The notes beneath the pieces are model-generated. The model did no database searches, was not told the DNA's origin, and worked only from the letters and a program-made list of their open reading frames with translations. Position numbers and translations under genes: made by a program. From Thalassovita sp. (GTDB lineage Bacteria > Pseudomonadota > Alphaproteobacteria > Rhodobacterales > Rhodobacteraceae): DNA of 64,000 nucleotides. Numbering within the stretch: position 1 is the first letter of the stretch; each line of letters begins with the position of its first letter. Below, piece after piece: positions 48,132 to 59,517 of the stretch. The stretch lies in NCBI RefSeq assembly GCF_017792425.1, contig NZ_CP051233.1; one strand, 5' to 3'.

Positions 48132-49577
48132 ATGAGACGGCACCGCAATGTGAAAATCGTGGCCACGCTGGGGCCTGCCTCGGACGATTACCAGATGATC
48201 CGGGCGCTGCACGAGGCCGGCGCGGACGTGTTCCGCCTGAACATGAGCCACGGCAGCCACGACGAAATCCGCGAGCGTCACGCAATCATTCGCCAGATAG
48301 AAAAGGATCTGGACAGCCCCATCGGCATTCTGGCCGATCTGCAGGGGCCGAAACTGCGCGTCGGTGTCTTTGCCAAGGGCGAGGAAGATCTGACCGAAGG
48401 CGCGCGGTTCCGGCTGGATCTGGACAAGGCCGAGGGTGACGTCAACCGCGTCTGCCTACCCCACCCAGAGATCTTCGCCGCGCTGGAACCCGGTGCGGCG
48501 CTGCTGGTCAACGATGGCAAAATTCGCCTGAAAGTCCTGTCTTGCGGCCCGGATTTCGCCGAATGCGAAGTGGTGACCGGCGGCACGATTTCCAACCGCA
48601 AGGGTGTGAACGTGCCGGATGTCGTGCTGCCGCTGGCCGCGCTTAGCGACAAGGACCGGGCAGACCTGGAATTCGTCTGCGAGTTGGGCGTGGACTGGCT
48701 GGCGTTGTCCTTTGTGCAGCGCCCCGAGGACGTGCAGGAAGCGCGGCAACTGGCCAAGGGGCGGGCCGCCATCCTGTCCAAGATCGAGAAACCCTCGGCG
48801 GTGAAATGGTTTGACGACATCCTGGCGGTCAGCGACGGCATCATGGTGGCGCGGGGCGATTTGGGGGTTGAATTGCCCGTCAGCCATGTGCCACCGATCC
48901 AGAAACGCCTGGTCCGCAAATGCCGCGCCGCCGCCAAACCGGTGATCGTGGCCACCCAGATGCTGGAAAGCATGATCGAAAGCCCGATGCCCACTCGCGC
49001 CGAGGTTTCGGACGTCGCAACAGCGATCTACGAAGGGGCCGACGCGGTGATGCTGAGCGCAGAATCCGCCGCAGGCCAATACCCGGTAGAGGCCGTGACC
49101 ACGATGAACGACGTGGCCGTTCAGGTAGAAAGCGACGAAATTTACACTAACGTGATCGAAGCCTCGCGCCACGCCGTGCGCAGCACGATCGCGGACGGGA
49201 TCGTCGCCGCTGCGCGTGAAATCGCGGAAACCACCGAAATCAAGGCGATCTGCTGTTTCACCCAGTCCGGGACAACGGCCCTGCTGACCGCACGCGAACG
49301 ACCACGGGTGCCGATCATCGCGATGACATCCGTCATGCGGACTGCGCGGCGGCTGGCACTAAGCTGGGGCACCAACTGCGTCATCACCGGCGACGTCAAC
49401 CGATTCAAAGAGGCGGTCGTGGCGTCGGTCCGGGCGGCTGTCAAACAGGGGTACGCCGACGAAAGCGACCAGATTCTGGTGATCGCGGGCCTTCCGTTCA
49501 ACCAGCCGGGCAGCACCAACATCATGCGCGTCGCCCCCTGCGCAGAACGTTTGATTTATGCCTCTGACCCAGAGTAG
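48132..49577 (+). CDS. pyk: Pyruvate kinase
   Basis: KIVATLGPAS, DLQGPK, MVARGDLG, ATQMLESM, MLSAE. Confidence 0.97.
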   Translation: MRRHRNVKIVATLGPASDDYQMIRALHEAGADVFRLNMSHGSHDEIRERHAIIRQIEKDLDSPIGILADLQGPKLRVGVFAKGEEDLTEGARFRLDLDKAEGDVNRVCLPHPEIFAALEPGAALLVNDGKIRLKVLSCGPDFAECEVVTGGTISNRKGVNVPDVVLPLAALSDKDRADLEFVCELGVDWLALSFVQRPEDVQEARQLAKGRAAILSKIEKPSAVKWFDDILAVSDGIMVARGDLGVELPVSHVPPIQKRLVRKCRAAAKPVIVATQMLESMIESPMPTRAEVSDVATAIYEGADAVMLSAESAAGQYPVEAVTTMNDVAVQVESDEIYTNVIEASRHAVRSTIADGIVAAAREIAETTEIKAICCFTQSGTTALLTARERPRVPIIAMTSVMRTARRLALSWGTNCVITGDVNRFKEAVVASVRAAVKQGYADESDQILVIAGLPFNQPGSTNIMRVAPCAERLIYASDPE

Positions 49578-49606
49578 GATTCCCGTGTAGTCACGAGGAG
49601 CGTGTC

Positions 49607-49828
49607 ATGGACCCTGACACGATATTTGTTGTTGGGCTTTTCCTGGGCATCATGTCGGTGCCCTCGATGGTTTCGGCCTGGAGTGAAGGCAATGTGCCCC
49701 GCGTCGCCGCCGTGGTGGCGATCCTTGGCGGTGCGATGATGGTCTGGGCGCATTCTCAGCAGGTCGGCGGCTACAAGTTCGAGGAAATCCCCGGCCTGGT
49801 GGTCAAGGTAATCGGCAAATTCATCTGA
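49607..49828 (+). CDS. Small hypothetical membrane protein
   Basis: GAGGAG RBS, two hydrophobic segments. Confidence 0.8.
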   Translation: MDPDTIFVVGLFLGIMSVPSMVSAWSEGNVPRVAAVVAILGGAMMVWAHSQQVGGYKFEEIPGLVVKVIGKFI

Positions 49829-49835
49829 TTTACCC

Positions 49836-49864
49836 TTGCCTAGATGTAGCCAGGCCAGTATAGA
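49836..49864 (+). promoter_or_regulatory. Sigma70-type promoter of rpmI-rplT
   Basis: TTGCCT-N17-TATAGA followed by a C-run discriminator. Confidence 0.7.
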
Positions 49865-49942
49865 CCCCCCCTGTCTGCGCGACCGGCCGATAGAGGCATG
49901 CCGAGTCGCGTTTCAACCGTTGAGAAAGACAAGGAGACGGAA

Positions 49943-50143
49943 ATGCCCAAGATGAAGACGAAGTCGAGCGCCAAGAAGCGCTTCAAGGTGACGGCCACTG
50001 GCAAAGTCATCGCTGGTCAGGCTGGCAAGCGCCACGGCATGATCAAACGCCACAAGAAATTCATTCGCGACGCTCGCGGCACCACCACGCTGTCCGCACC
50101 CGACGCCAAGATCGTCAAGGGCTACATGCCCTACGACCGCTAA
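49943..50143 (+). CDS. rpmI: 50S ribosomal protein L35
   Basis: [15 protein letters not shown]. Confidence 0.98.
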   Translation: MPKMKTKSSAKKRFKVTATGKVIAGQAGKRHGMIKRHKKFIRDARGTTTLSAPDAKIVKGYMPYDR

Positions 50144-50157
50144 GAGGAGATTGATCA

Positions 50158-50520
50158 ATGTCCCGCGTCAAAGGTGGTACCACGACCCACGCCCGCCACA
50201 AGAAAGTCATCAAGGCTGCAAAAGGCTATTATGGCCGCCGCAAGAGCACCTTCAAGGTTGCGCGCCAGGCCGTTGACAAGGCAAACCAGTATGCAACCCG
50301 TGACCGCAAGAACCGCAAGCGCAATTTCCGCGCGCTGTGGATCCAGCGGATCAACGCTGCCGTTCGTCTGCACGACGAAGCCCTGACCTACTCGCGCTTC
50401 ATCAACGGCCTGAACCTGGCCGGTATCGAAGTCGACCGTAAGGTTCTGGCCGATCTGGCCGTGCACGAGCCCGCCGCGTTTGGCGCCATCGTCGAAAAGG
50501 CGAAGGCCGCGCTCGCGTAA
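50158..50520 (+). CDS. rplT: 50S ribosomal protein L20
   Basis: [26 protein letters not shown]. Confidence 0.98.
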   Translation: MSRVKGGTTTHARHKKVIKAAKGYYGRRKSTFKVARQAVDKANQYATRDRKNRKRNFRALWIQRINAAVRLHDEALTYSRFINGLNLAGIEVDRKVLADLAVHEPAAFGAIVEKAKAALA

Positions 50521-50542
50521 GCCCATCCCGGGTGACACATTA

Positions 50543-50586
50543 AAGAAGCCGCGGACCTTTTGGGGTCTCGCGGCTTCTTGCGTTTT
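50543..50586 (+). terminator. Terminator-like hairpin between rplT and pheS
   Basis: AAGAAGCCGCG...CGCGGCTTCTT then GCGTTTT. Confidence 0.7.
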
Positions 50587-50631
50587 GGGCGGCTGCTGGG
50601 TAGCAGGGTGCCAACGGAATTGGAGGGTCGG

Positions 50632-51698
<1,067 letters not shown>

Positions 51699-51702
<4 letters not shown>

Positions 51703-54098
51703 AATTCACCCTCTCCTGGCTGAAAGAGCACCTTGAGACCGAGGTGTCGCTGGACGAAATCCTGTACGCCCTCACCGATCTGGGGCTGGAGGTCGAAGGC
51801 GTCGAAGACCCGGCGGCGAAGCTGTCCAGCTTTACCCTGGCCAAGGTCAAGCACGCGGAACAACACCCCGACGCAGACCGCCTGCGCGTTTGCACCGTGG
51901 AAACGGACGAGGGCGACAAGCAGATCGTTTGCGGCGCCCCCAACGCTCGCGCGGGCATCACCGTGGTGCTGTGCAAGCCCGGCGATTACGTCCCCGGCAT
52001 TGATGTGACGCTGTCCGTCGGCAAAATCCGCGGCGTGGAAAGCCACGGCATGATGGCCTCCGAACGCGAGCTGGAGCTGTCGGACGAACACACCGGCATC
52101 ATCGAATTGCCCTCGGGCGAGGTGGGCCAGAAATTTACCGAATGGCTGGCGCAGAATGACCCGGCCAAGGTGGACCCGGTGATTGAAATCGCGATCACCC
52201 CCAACCGCCCCGATGCGCTGGGTGTGCGTGGCGTCGCGCTGGACTTGGCCGCGCGCGGTCTGGGCACGATGAAGACCGCCAAGACCGCCCATGTCGAAGG
52301 CCAGTTCCCCAGCCCGATCAAGATCACCATCGACGAGGATACCCGCACCGAAGGGTGCGAGGTTTTTGCCGGTCGCCTGATCAAGGGCGTCAAGAACGGT
52401 CCCAGCCCGGCGTGGTTGCAAAAACGGCTGAAGGCGATTGGCCTGCGCCCGATTTCCTGCCTTGTGGACGTGACCAACTTCTTCACCTATGACCGCAACC
52501 GCCCGCTGCACGTCTTTGACGCCGACAAGGTCAAGGGCGACCTGCGCGTGCATCGCACCAGGGGTGGCGAGACCATGCTGGGCCTGGACGAGAAGGACTA
52601 TACCTTCGGCGTCGGGCAAGTCGTGATCTCGGACGATACGGGCGTGGAATCCATCGGCGGTATTATGGGCGGTGAACATTCCGGCTGCACCGAAGAAACC
52701 GTCAACGTGTTCCTGGAAGCGGCCATTTGGGACCGTATCCAGATCGCCACCACGGGCCGCGCGTTGAAGATCAACACCGACGCGCGCTATCGCAACGAAC
52801 GCGGTATCGACCCGGAATACAACATGCAGGCGCTGGACGATGCCACGCAGATGATCATCGACCTGTGCGGGGGCGAACCTTCGAACGTGGTGGTCGCGGG
52901 CAAGGTGCCGGATGTCAGCCGCGCCTATAAGCTGGACGCCGCGCGCATCCAGTCGCTTGTGGGCATGGACATTCCCGAAAGCGAGCAGCGCCAGATCCTG
53001 ACCCGGCTGGGATTCAAGCTGGAAGGCAACATGGCCTATGTGCCGTCCTGGCGCCCCGATATTCTGGGAGAGGCCGATCTGGTCGAGGAGGTCGCCCGCG
53101 TGGTGTCGCTGACCAAGCTGGAAGGCAAGCCGATGGCGCGCGCCCAAGCTGGGGTACCGCAGCCCATCCTGTCGGTTAAGCAGAAGCGCGAACAGATCGC
53201 ACGACGCACGGCAGCGGCACTTGGCTATAACGAGTGCATCACCTATTCCTTCATCGATCAGAAGGCCGCCAGCCTGTTTGGCGGCGGCACCGACGAGACA
53301 ATGCTGGAAAATCCAATCTCCAGCGAGATGAGCCATATGCGCCCGGACCTGCTGGCAGGTCTGTTGCAGGCTGCCGCGCGCAACCAATCGCGGGGGTTCA
53401 TGGACGTTGCCCTGTTCGAGGTCGGCCCCATCTTTGACGGTGGTGAACCGGGGCAGCAGCGCCTGCAGATGTCGGGCATTCTGGTGGGTAGAACCGGACC
53501 CAAGGATGTTCACGGCGCATCGCGTCCGGTGGATTTGTTCGACGCCAAAGCGGATGCAGAGACCGTTCTGGCCGCCATCGGCGCACCCGCCAAGGTTCAG
53601 GTCTTCCGCAATGGCGAAACCTGGTGGCACCCTGGTCGCCACGGTCAGGTCTGTCTTGGCCCGAAAAAGGTGCTTGGTACCTTTGGCGAAGTGCACCCCA
53701 AGGTGCTGGCTGAGCTGGACGTAAAAGGCCCCGCCGTGGCCTTCACCATCTGGCCCGAGGAAGTGCCGGAACCCAAGGCCAAGACCACTACCCGTCCGGC
53801 GATGGCAATCAGTGATCTGCAGGCGGTAGAGCGCGATTTCGCCTTCGTCGTCGATCAGCAGGTGGAGGCGCTGACGCTGGTCAACGCCGCCGCGGGGTCC
53901 GACAAGGCGTTGATCGAGGACGTGCGCGTTTTCGATCAGTTCATTGGCGGATCACTGGGCGAGGGAAAAAAATCCATCGCGATCACCGTGCGGCTACAAC
54001 CAACCGAGAAAACACTGACCGAAAAAGACATCGAGGCCGTTTCCGCCAAGATCGTCGAGAAGGTCAGCAAGGCGACCGGCGGCGTTCTGCGCGGCTAA
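51699..54098 (+). CDS. pheT: Phenylalanyl-tRNA synthetase beta
   Basis: [31 protein letters not shown]. Confidence 0.98.
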
Positions 54099-54117
54099 GA
54101 TTGCCGGGTAAACAAAG

Positions 54118-54142
54118 AAAGGGGCGCCAAGCGCCCCTTTTT
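54118..54142. terminator. Bidirectional terminator pheT/GST
   Basis: AAAGGGGCGC-CAA-GCGCCCCTTTTT. Confidence 0.85.
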
Positions 54143-54160
54143 CATTGGCGCGTGTTCGAT

Positions 54161-54862
54161 TCAGCCTTCACGTGGCGGAATGTTCAGGCCGCGCTGAACC
54201 GCAGGACGCGCCAGGAAACGGTCCAGATAGGCCACGCAGTTCGGCAACCTGTCCCACCCGAGCAGCGGTCGCGCGCCATAATAGTCCAGAACACGCAACC
54301 ATCCCCCAAGGGCAATATCGGCGATTGAGTATTCGCCACAAATCCAGTCCCTCCCGTGCAACTGACCTTCGATCACCGCCAAAAGGCGTTTGGCCTCGGT
54401 GATATAGCGGTCACGCGGGCGAGGGTCTTCGATCTGGGCGCCTGCGGCTTTGACGAACCAGCCCATTTGCCCGAACATCGGCCCGACCCCGCCCATCTGG
54501 AACATCACCCATTGGATCACTTTGTAGCGTTCTGCCGGTTCGGCAGGCAGCAGTTTCCCTGTCTTTTCCGCCAGGTAGATCAGAATTGCACCGGATTCCC
54601 ACAGTGGCAGGGGTTTGCCATCCGGCCCGTTCGGGTCAATGATCGCCGGGATCTTGTTGTTCGGGTTCAGCGACAGGAATTCGGGCGATTTCACATCGGC
54701 ATCCGCCAGTGTCACGCGATGGGCTTCGTACGGCAGCCCGATTTCTTCCAGCATGATGGAAACCTTGACGCCATTCGGTGTCGGGAAAGAGTACAACTGC
54801 AGCACCGTCGGATCAGTTGCGGGCCAACGTTGCGTGATCGGGAAATCCCCTGGGAATGCCAT
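54161..54862 (-). CDS. Glutathione S-transferase (YfcG-like)
   Basis: TPNG, NPNNKIP, WESGAIL, SIADIA. Confidence 0.93.
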   Translation of the reverse strand: MAFPGDFPITQRWPATDPTVLQLYSFPTPNGVKVSIMLEEIGLPYEAHRVTLADADVKSPEFLSLNPNNKIPAIIDPNGPDGKPLPLWESGAILIYLAEKTGKLLPAEPAERYKVIQWVMFQMGGVGPMFGQMGWFVKAAGAQIEDPRPRDRYITEAKRLLAVIEGQLHGRDWICGEYSIADIALGGWLRVLDYYGARPLLGWDRLPNCVAYLDRFLARPAVQRGLNIPPREG

Positions 54863-55003
54863 TTCAAATCCTCCTGTTCACCGTGGGGGGAAATTACCTG
54901 AATTTTCCCGATGCAACAGACCGGTTTCTGTGGAAGATCGCTGCATTGGCTGTTGGGAATCGCGCAATCCGCCCTGCGGCCCGCAACTGAAGGAGAGGGA
55001 CAG

Positions 55004-55438
55004 ATGCTTCAGGAATTCAAGGCATTCATCGCCAAGGGAAATGTGATGGACATGGCGGTGGGTATCATCGTCGGCGCAGCCTTTACCGCGATCGTACAGT
55101 CGGTGGTCAAGGATCTGATCAACCCGATCATCGGCCTGTTCATGGGTGGTATCGATTTCACCAACAATTACGCCGTGCTGTCGGGCGATGTCCCCGACGG
55201 CTCCAGCCTGGATGTGGCCCGCGAAGCGGGGGCCTCTATCTTTGCCTATGGCAGCTTCCTGATGGCGGTGATCAATTTCCTGATCATTGCCTTCGTGGTG
55301 TTCATGCTGGTCAAGATGGTGAACCGCGTCAAAGAAGCAGCGGAACGCGAGGAAGAAGCCGCGCCTGCGCCCGAGGCACCCAAAGGGCCGTCCGAACTGG
55401 AAGTACTGCTGGAAATCCGCGACGCGCTGAAAAAGTAA
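55004..55438 (+). CDS. mscL: Large-conductance mechanosensitive channel
   Basis: [25 protein letters not shown]. Confidence 0.97.
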   Translation: MLQEFKAFIAKGNVMDMAVGIIVGAAFTAIVQSVVKDLINPIIGLFMGGIDFTNNYAVLSGDVPDGSSLDVAREAGASIFAYGSFLMAVINFLIIAFVVFMLVKMVNRVKEAAEREEEAAPAPEAPKGPSELEVLLEIRDALKK

Positions 55439-55456
55439 GGCCGACAGCGACAGGAA

Positions 55457-55482
55457 AAAGGGCCCGCGCTTGCGGGCCCTTT
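55457..55482. terminator. Bidirectional terminator mscL/ald
   Basis: AAAGGGCCCGC-GCTT-GCGGGCCCTTT. Confidence 0.85.
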
Positions 55483-55493
55483 CTGTGTTCAGA

Positions 55494-56609
55494 TCACTTG
55501 ATGACCAGCTGCGGCGAAACCACGTCGATTCCAAGGGCCTTGCCCACCGCATAGTAGGTCAGTTGCCCCGCATGGACATTCAGGCCATTCAGCAAGTGTA
55601 CATCGTCGGCACAGGCCTGTTTCCACCCCTTGTTGGCGAGCGCCAGCAGGAAGGGCATGGTGGCGTTCCCAAGCGCGATCGTCGAGGTACGGGCCACCGC
55701 ACCGGGCATGTTGGCCACGCAATAGTGCATTATCCCGTCCACATCATAGATCGGGTTTTCGTGCGTCGTCGCCTTCGATGTTTCAAAGCAGCCGCCCTGG
55801 TCAATCGCCACATCCACAATGGCCGCGCCGGACTTCATCGTGGACAGTTGCGCACGGCTGACCAGCTTGGGCGCAGCGGCGCCGGGGATCAGAACCGCCC
55901 CGATCACCATGTCGGCCTGCTCTACCAACTCTGCCGTATTGCCCTTCGAGGCATAGGCCGTCTTGAACTCTGATCGGAAGGCGTCGTCCAGATACCGCAG
56001 GCGCGGCAGCGACATGTCCAGAACGGTCACCGACGCGCCCATACCGGCAGCGACACGGGCCGCGTGGGTGCCAACGACACCACCACCGATCACCACGACG
56101 TTGGCCGGACCAACGCCAGGCACGCCGCCCATGAGCACGCCGCGGCCACCATTGGCCTTTTGCAGCGTCCAAGCTCCAACCTGTGGGGCCAACTTGCCGG
56201 CAACCTCGGACATCGGGGCCAGCAGGGGCAGGCCACCGTTGCGGTCGGTCACGGTTTCATAAGCGATAGCCGTACAGCCCGAAGCCAGCAGATCATGGGT
56301 TTGGTCCGGGTCCGGGGCAAGGTGCAGGTAGGTGAACAACAACTGGCCTTCGCGCAGCATCTTGCGTTCGACGGCTTGGGGTTCCTTGACCTTGACGATC
56401 ATGTCGGCGGTAGCGAACACCTCTTCCGCCGTGTCCAGGATCGTCGCGCCCGCAGCGACATAGGCCATGTCCTCGAACCCGGAACCAGTCCCGGCGCCTT
56501 TCTGAATGAACACCTGGTGGCCATGCGAAACGGCCTCTTGTGCGGCGTTCGGGGTCATGCCGACACGGAACTCTTGCGGTTTGATTTCCTTGGGGCATCC
56601 GATTTTCAT
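55494..56609 (-). CDS. ald: Alanine dehydrogenase
   Basis: [33 protein letters not shown]. Confidence 0.97.
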   Translation of the reverse strand: MKIGCPKEIKPQEFRVGMTPNAAQEAVSHGHQVFIQKGAGTGSGFEDMAYVAAGATILDTAEEVFATADMIVKVKEPQAVERKMLREGQLLFTYLHLAPDPDQTHDLLASGCTAIAYETVTDRNGGLPLLAPMSEVAGKLAPQVGAWTLQKANGGRGVLMGGVPGVGPANVVVIGGGVVGTHAARVAAGMGASVTVLDMSLPRLRYLDDAFRSEFKTAYASKGNTAELVEQADMVIGAVLIPGAAAPKLVSRAQLSTMKSGAAIVDVAIDQGGCFETSKATTHENPIYDVDGIMHYCVANMPGAVARTSTIALGNATMPFLLALANKGWKQACADDVHLLNGLNVHAGQLTYYAVGKALGIDVVSPQLVIK

Positions 56610-56744
56610 GTTGGGGTCCTCCTTGTCCTTGGGGACAGGATGTCGCAGATCGTATGCAAAACGATTGAAATCTGGGTCGCCATAGCCAGGTTTTTGTGAA
56701 TATTCTGCGGAAAGAGAGAATAAACTTCGAAGGATAGTGCGTGA

Positions 56745-57203
56745 ATGGCGCTGGATGAGACAGATCGGCGGATTCTGCGGGTATTGCAGCGCAAGGGGCG
56801 GATTTCCAATGCGGACCTCAGCGAACAGGTAAACCTGTCGGCCTCTGCCTGTCACCGCCGGGTCCAGCACCTGGAAGCGAACGGGTATATCAAGGACTAT
56901 GTCGCCCTGCTGGACGCGCGGAAACTAAACGTGCCGACCACGGTTTTCGTAGAAATCACCCTACAAGGGCAGGCGGACGAAATCCTTGACGCCTTTGAAA
57001 AGGCCGTGGCCCGAATTCCAGATGTGCTGGAATGTCACCTGATGGCCGGAACAGCCGACTACATCCTGAAAGTGGTCGCCGAAAACACCGAGGATTTCGC
57101 ACGTATTCACCGCCAGCACCTGACCCGTCTACCGGGCGTGGCGCAGATGCAAAGCTCTTTCGCGTTGCGGACTGTGTTCAAGACAACGGCTCTACCCGTT
57201 TAA
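56745..57203 (+). CDS. Lrp/AsnC regulator divergent from ald (AldR-like)
   Basis: LDETDRRIL...NLSASACHRR HTH, ECHLMAGTADY. Confidence 0.93.
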   Translation: MALDETDRRILRVLQRKGRISNADLSEQVNLSASACHRRVQHLEANGYIKDYVALLDARKLNVPTTVFVEITLQGQADEILDAFEKAVARIPDVLECHLMAGTADYILKVVAENTEDFARIHRQHLTRLPGVAQMQSSFALRTVFKTTALPV

Positions 57204-57238
57204 TTGTCTGACTTTTACCTTGCAAATGTCAGACAATT
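57202..57238. promoter_or_regulatory. Inverted operator pair upstream of GMC oxidoreductase
   Basis: AATTGTCTGAC-N15-GTCAGACAATT flanking TTGCAA (57220); TAAAAT at 57244. Confidence 0.7.
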
Positions 57239-57286
57239 GCAGATAAAATTTACCCAAGGGTAATTTCAGCCGCCTGGAGGGTTCTG

Positions 57287-58873
57287 ATGTCGTGGGATTA
57301 CATCATCGTGGGTGCAGGCAGCGCCGGATGTGTGGTTGCAAAACGGCTGGCCGACGCGGGCAACAAGGTTCTGCTGCTAGAGGCCGGTGGGCGTGACACC
57401 TACCACTGGGTACACATCCCGATGGGGTACCTTTACTGCATCAACAACCCGCGCACCGACTGGATGTTCCGCACCGAGGCGGACGCCGGCCTGAACGGAC
57501 GTTCGCTGATCTATCCGCGCGGCAAGGTTCTGGGGGGGTGTTCCTCGATCAACGGGATGCTGTACCTGCGGGGTCAGGCCGCCGACTATGACGGCTGGCG
57601 GCAGATGGGGAATACCGGTTGGGGGTGGGACGATGTCCTGCCCTACTTCCTGAAATCCGAGGACTACGTGGACGGTCCGTCCGACATGCATGGTGTTGGC
57701 GGCGAATGGCGCGTGGACAACCAGCGCTTGCATTGGGGTGTTTTGGACGACTGGATGGAAGCCGCCGCCCAAGAGGGCCTGCCGAAGGTCACGGATTTCA
57801 ACACCGGCAATAACGAAGGCGTGGGGTACTTCCGGGTTAACCAGCGCAATGGCTGGCGGATGAACACGGCCAAGGCTTTCCTGCGCACGACCAGCGGGCA
57901 GGGGCTGAAGATCGAAACCCATGCCCACACCCGGCGTGTCCTGGTCGAGCACGGACGCTGTGTGGGTGTCGAGTACGAACAGAACGGCCAGGTCAAAACA
58001 GCTCGCGCGGCCGGAGAGGTGATCCTGAGCGCCGGTGCAATCGGTTCACCGCAAATCCTGCAATTGTCCGGTATCGGTCCCGCTGCGCTGTTGCATAAGT
58101 ATGGAATCGAGGTTCTGCGCGATGTCGCCGGGATAGGGGCTAACCTGCAGGATCACCTGCAACTGCGCTGCGCCTGGAAACTGTCACACGGGCGCACGCT
58201 GAACACTTTGGCCAACAGCCTTTGGGGGAAGGCGATGATTGGGCTGGAATACGCACTGAAACGCTCTGGCCCAATGTCGATGGCGCCTTCGCAGTTAGGG
58301 GCATTCGCCAAATCGCGCCCTGATCTGGAAACGCCTGACCTGGAATTCCACGTTCAGCCCCTGACCCTGGAAGCGTTCGGTCAGCCGCTGCATGATTTCC
58401 CGGCCATGACGGCCTCGGTCTGCAATCTAAGGCCAGAAAGCCGTGGCGTTGTCGAGATCACCAGCCCCGACCCCAAGGCAAAACCGCGGATCGCCCCGAA
58501 TTACCTATCTACCGAAGGGGATCGCAGGGTCGCGGCGGATTCGATCCGGCTGGCGCGCCGGATCATCGGCCAGCGAGCGATGGCCAAATACGCCCCGCAG
58601 GAAATGAAACCTGGGATCACCGGCGAATCCGATACCGATCTGGCAAAGGCGGCAGGCGATATTGGCACCACGATCTTTCACCCTTCGGGCACGGTTCGAA
58701 TGGGTACCGATGACATCGCGCCGCTGGACCCGCAACTGCGGCTGCGCGGGATTGGCCGGCTGCGCGTTGTGGACTGTTCCATCATGCCAACCATCACCAG
58801 TGGCAACACCAATGCTCCGACCATCATGATTGCAGAGAAGGCCAGCGACATGATCCTTGCATCCGCCCGCTAA
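57287..58873 (+). CDS. GMC-family FAD oxidoreductase
   Basis: GAGSAG, GGCSSING, NLQDH, FHPSGT, SGNTN. Confidence 0.95.
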   Translation: MSWDYIIVGAGSAGCVVAKRLADAGNKVLLLEAGGRDTYHWVHIPMGYLYCINNPRTDWMFRTEADAGLNGRSLIYPRGKVLGGCSSINGMLYLRGQAADYDGWRQMGNTGWGWDDVLPYFLKSEDYVDGPSDMHGVGGEWRVDNQRLHWGVLDDWMEAAAQEGLPKVTDFNTGNNEGVGYFRVNQRNGWRMNTAKAFLRTTSGQGLKIETHAHTRRVLVEHGRCVGVEYEQNGQVKTARAAGEVILSAGAIGSPQILQLSGIGPAALLHKYGIEVLRDVAGIGANLQDHLQLRCAWKLSHGRTLNTLANSLWGKAMIGLEYALKRSGPMSMAPSQLGAFAKSRPDLETPDLEFHVQPLTLEAFGQPLHDFPAMTASVCNLRPESRGVVEITSPDPKAKPRIAPNYLSTEGDRRVAADSIRLARRIIGQRAMAKYAPQEMKPGITGESDTDLAKAAGDIGTTIFHPSGTVRMGTDDIAPLDPQLRLRGIGRLRVVDCSIMPTITSGNTNAPTIMIAEKASDMILASAR

Positions 58874-58891
58874 GCCGTGGCAAGCGGAGGT

Positions 58892-59446
58892 ATGGCGAAT
58901 GTTGCGATTACTTATTTCTCTGGGCGGGGGCATACCCGCAAGCTGGCCACCACCATCGCGGATGCCTTGGGGGATCAGGACTGTGACGCGCGTCTGATCG
59001 ACGTGACCAGCCTGTCGCAATCAGACTGGCACGCGATGGACGCGGCCGACGCTATCCTGTTCGGTGCGCCCACCTACATGGGCAGCGTCGCGACCGAGTT
59101 CAAAGCGTTCATGGATCAGACCAGCGAAATCTGGTCATGTCAGGGTTGGGCGGACAAGATGGCGAGTGGTTTCACCGTCGCCACCTTCCCCGGTGGGGAT
59201 AAGCTGGCCGCGCTGATGCAGATGAACATCTTTGCGATGCAGCACGGGATGGTCTGGATCGGGCAGGATCAGGTCGGCGCCCCGGTGAACCGCGACCAGA
59301 TCGGCATCAACGAAAGCGGTGTCTGGCTGGGACTGGCGGCGACGACTGTCCGCGACAAGTCCAAACTGGTGTCCGACGGGGACGTGGAAACCGCCGTACG
59401 GTTCGGACGGCGCATCGCCCGCGCGGTACGACGTTGGTCCATCTAG
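58892..59446 (+). CDS. WrbA-like flavodoxin / NADPH-dependent FMN reductase
   Basis: SGRGHT, GAPTYMG, FKAFMD, QHGM; GGAGG RBS. Confidence 0.9.
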   Translation: MANVAITYFSGRGHTRKLATTIADALGDQDCDARLIDVTSLSQSDWHAMDAADAILFGAPTYMGSVATEFKAFMDQTSEIWSCQGWADKMASGFTVATFPGGDKLAALMQMNIFAMQHGMVWIGQDQVGAPVNRDQIGINESGVWLGLAATTVRDKSKLVSDGDVETAVRFGRRIARAVRRWSI

Positions 59447-59517
59447 CTTTCTGATCCGTGCTGGCCCAGCCTGCACCCTGAAACGCGCATGACCCGAGGA
59501 CCGGAGGACCACGCATC

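Noticed and set aside
56698..56725. GAATATTC and GAATAAAC as Lrp/AldR sites
   Set aside because: Plausible from context but too short and degenerate to support.
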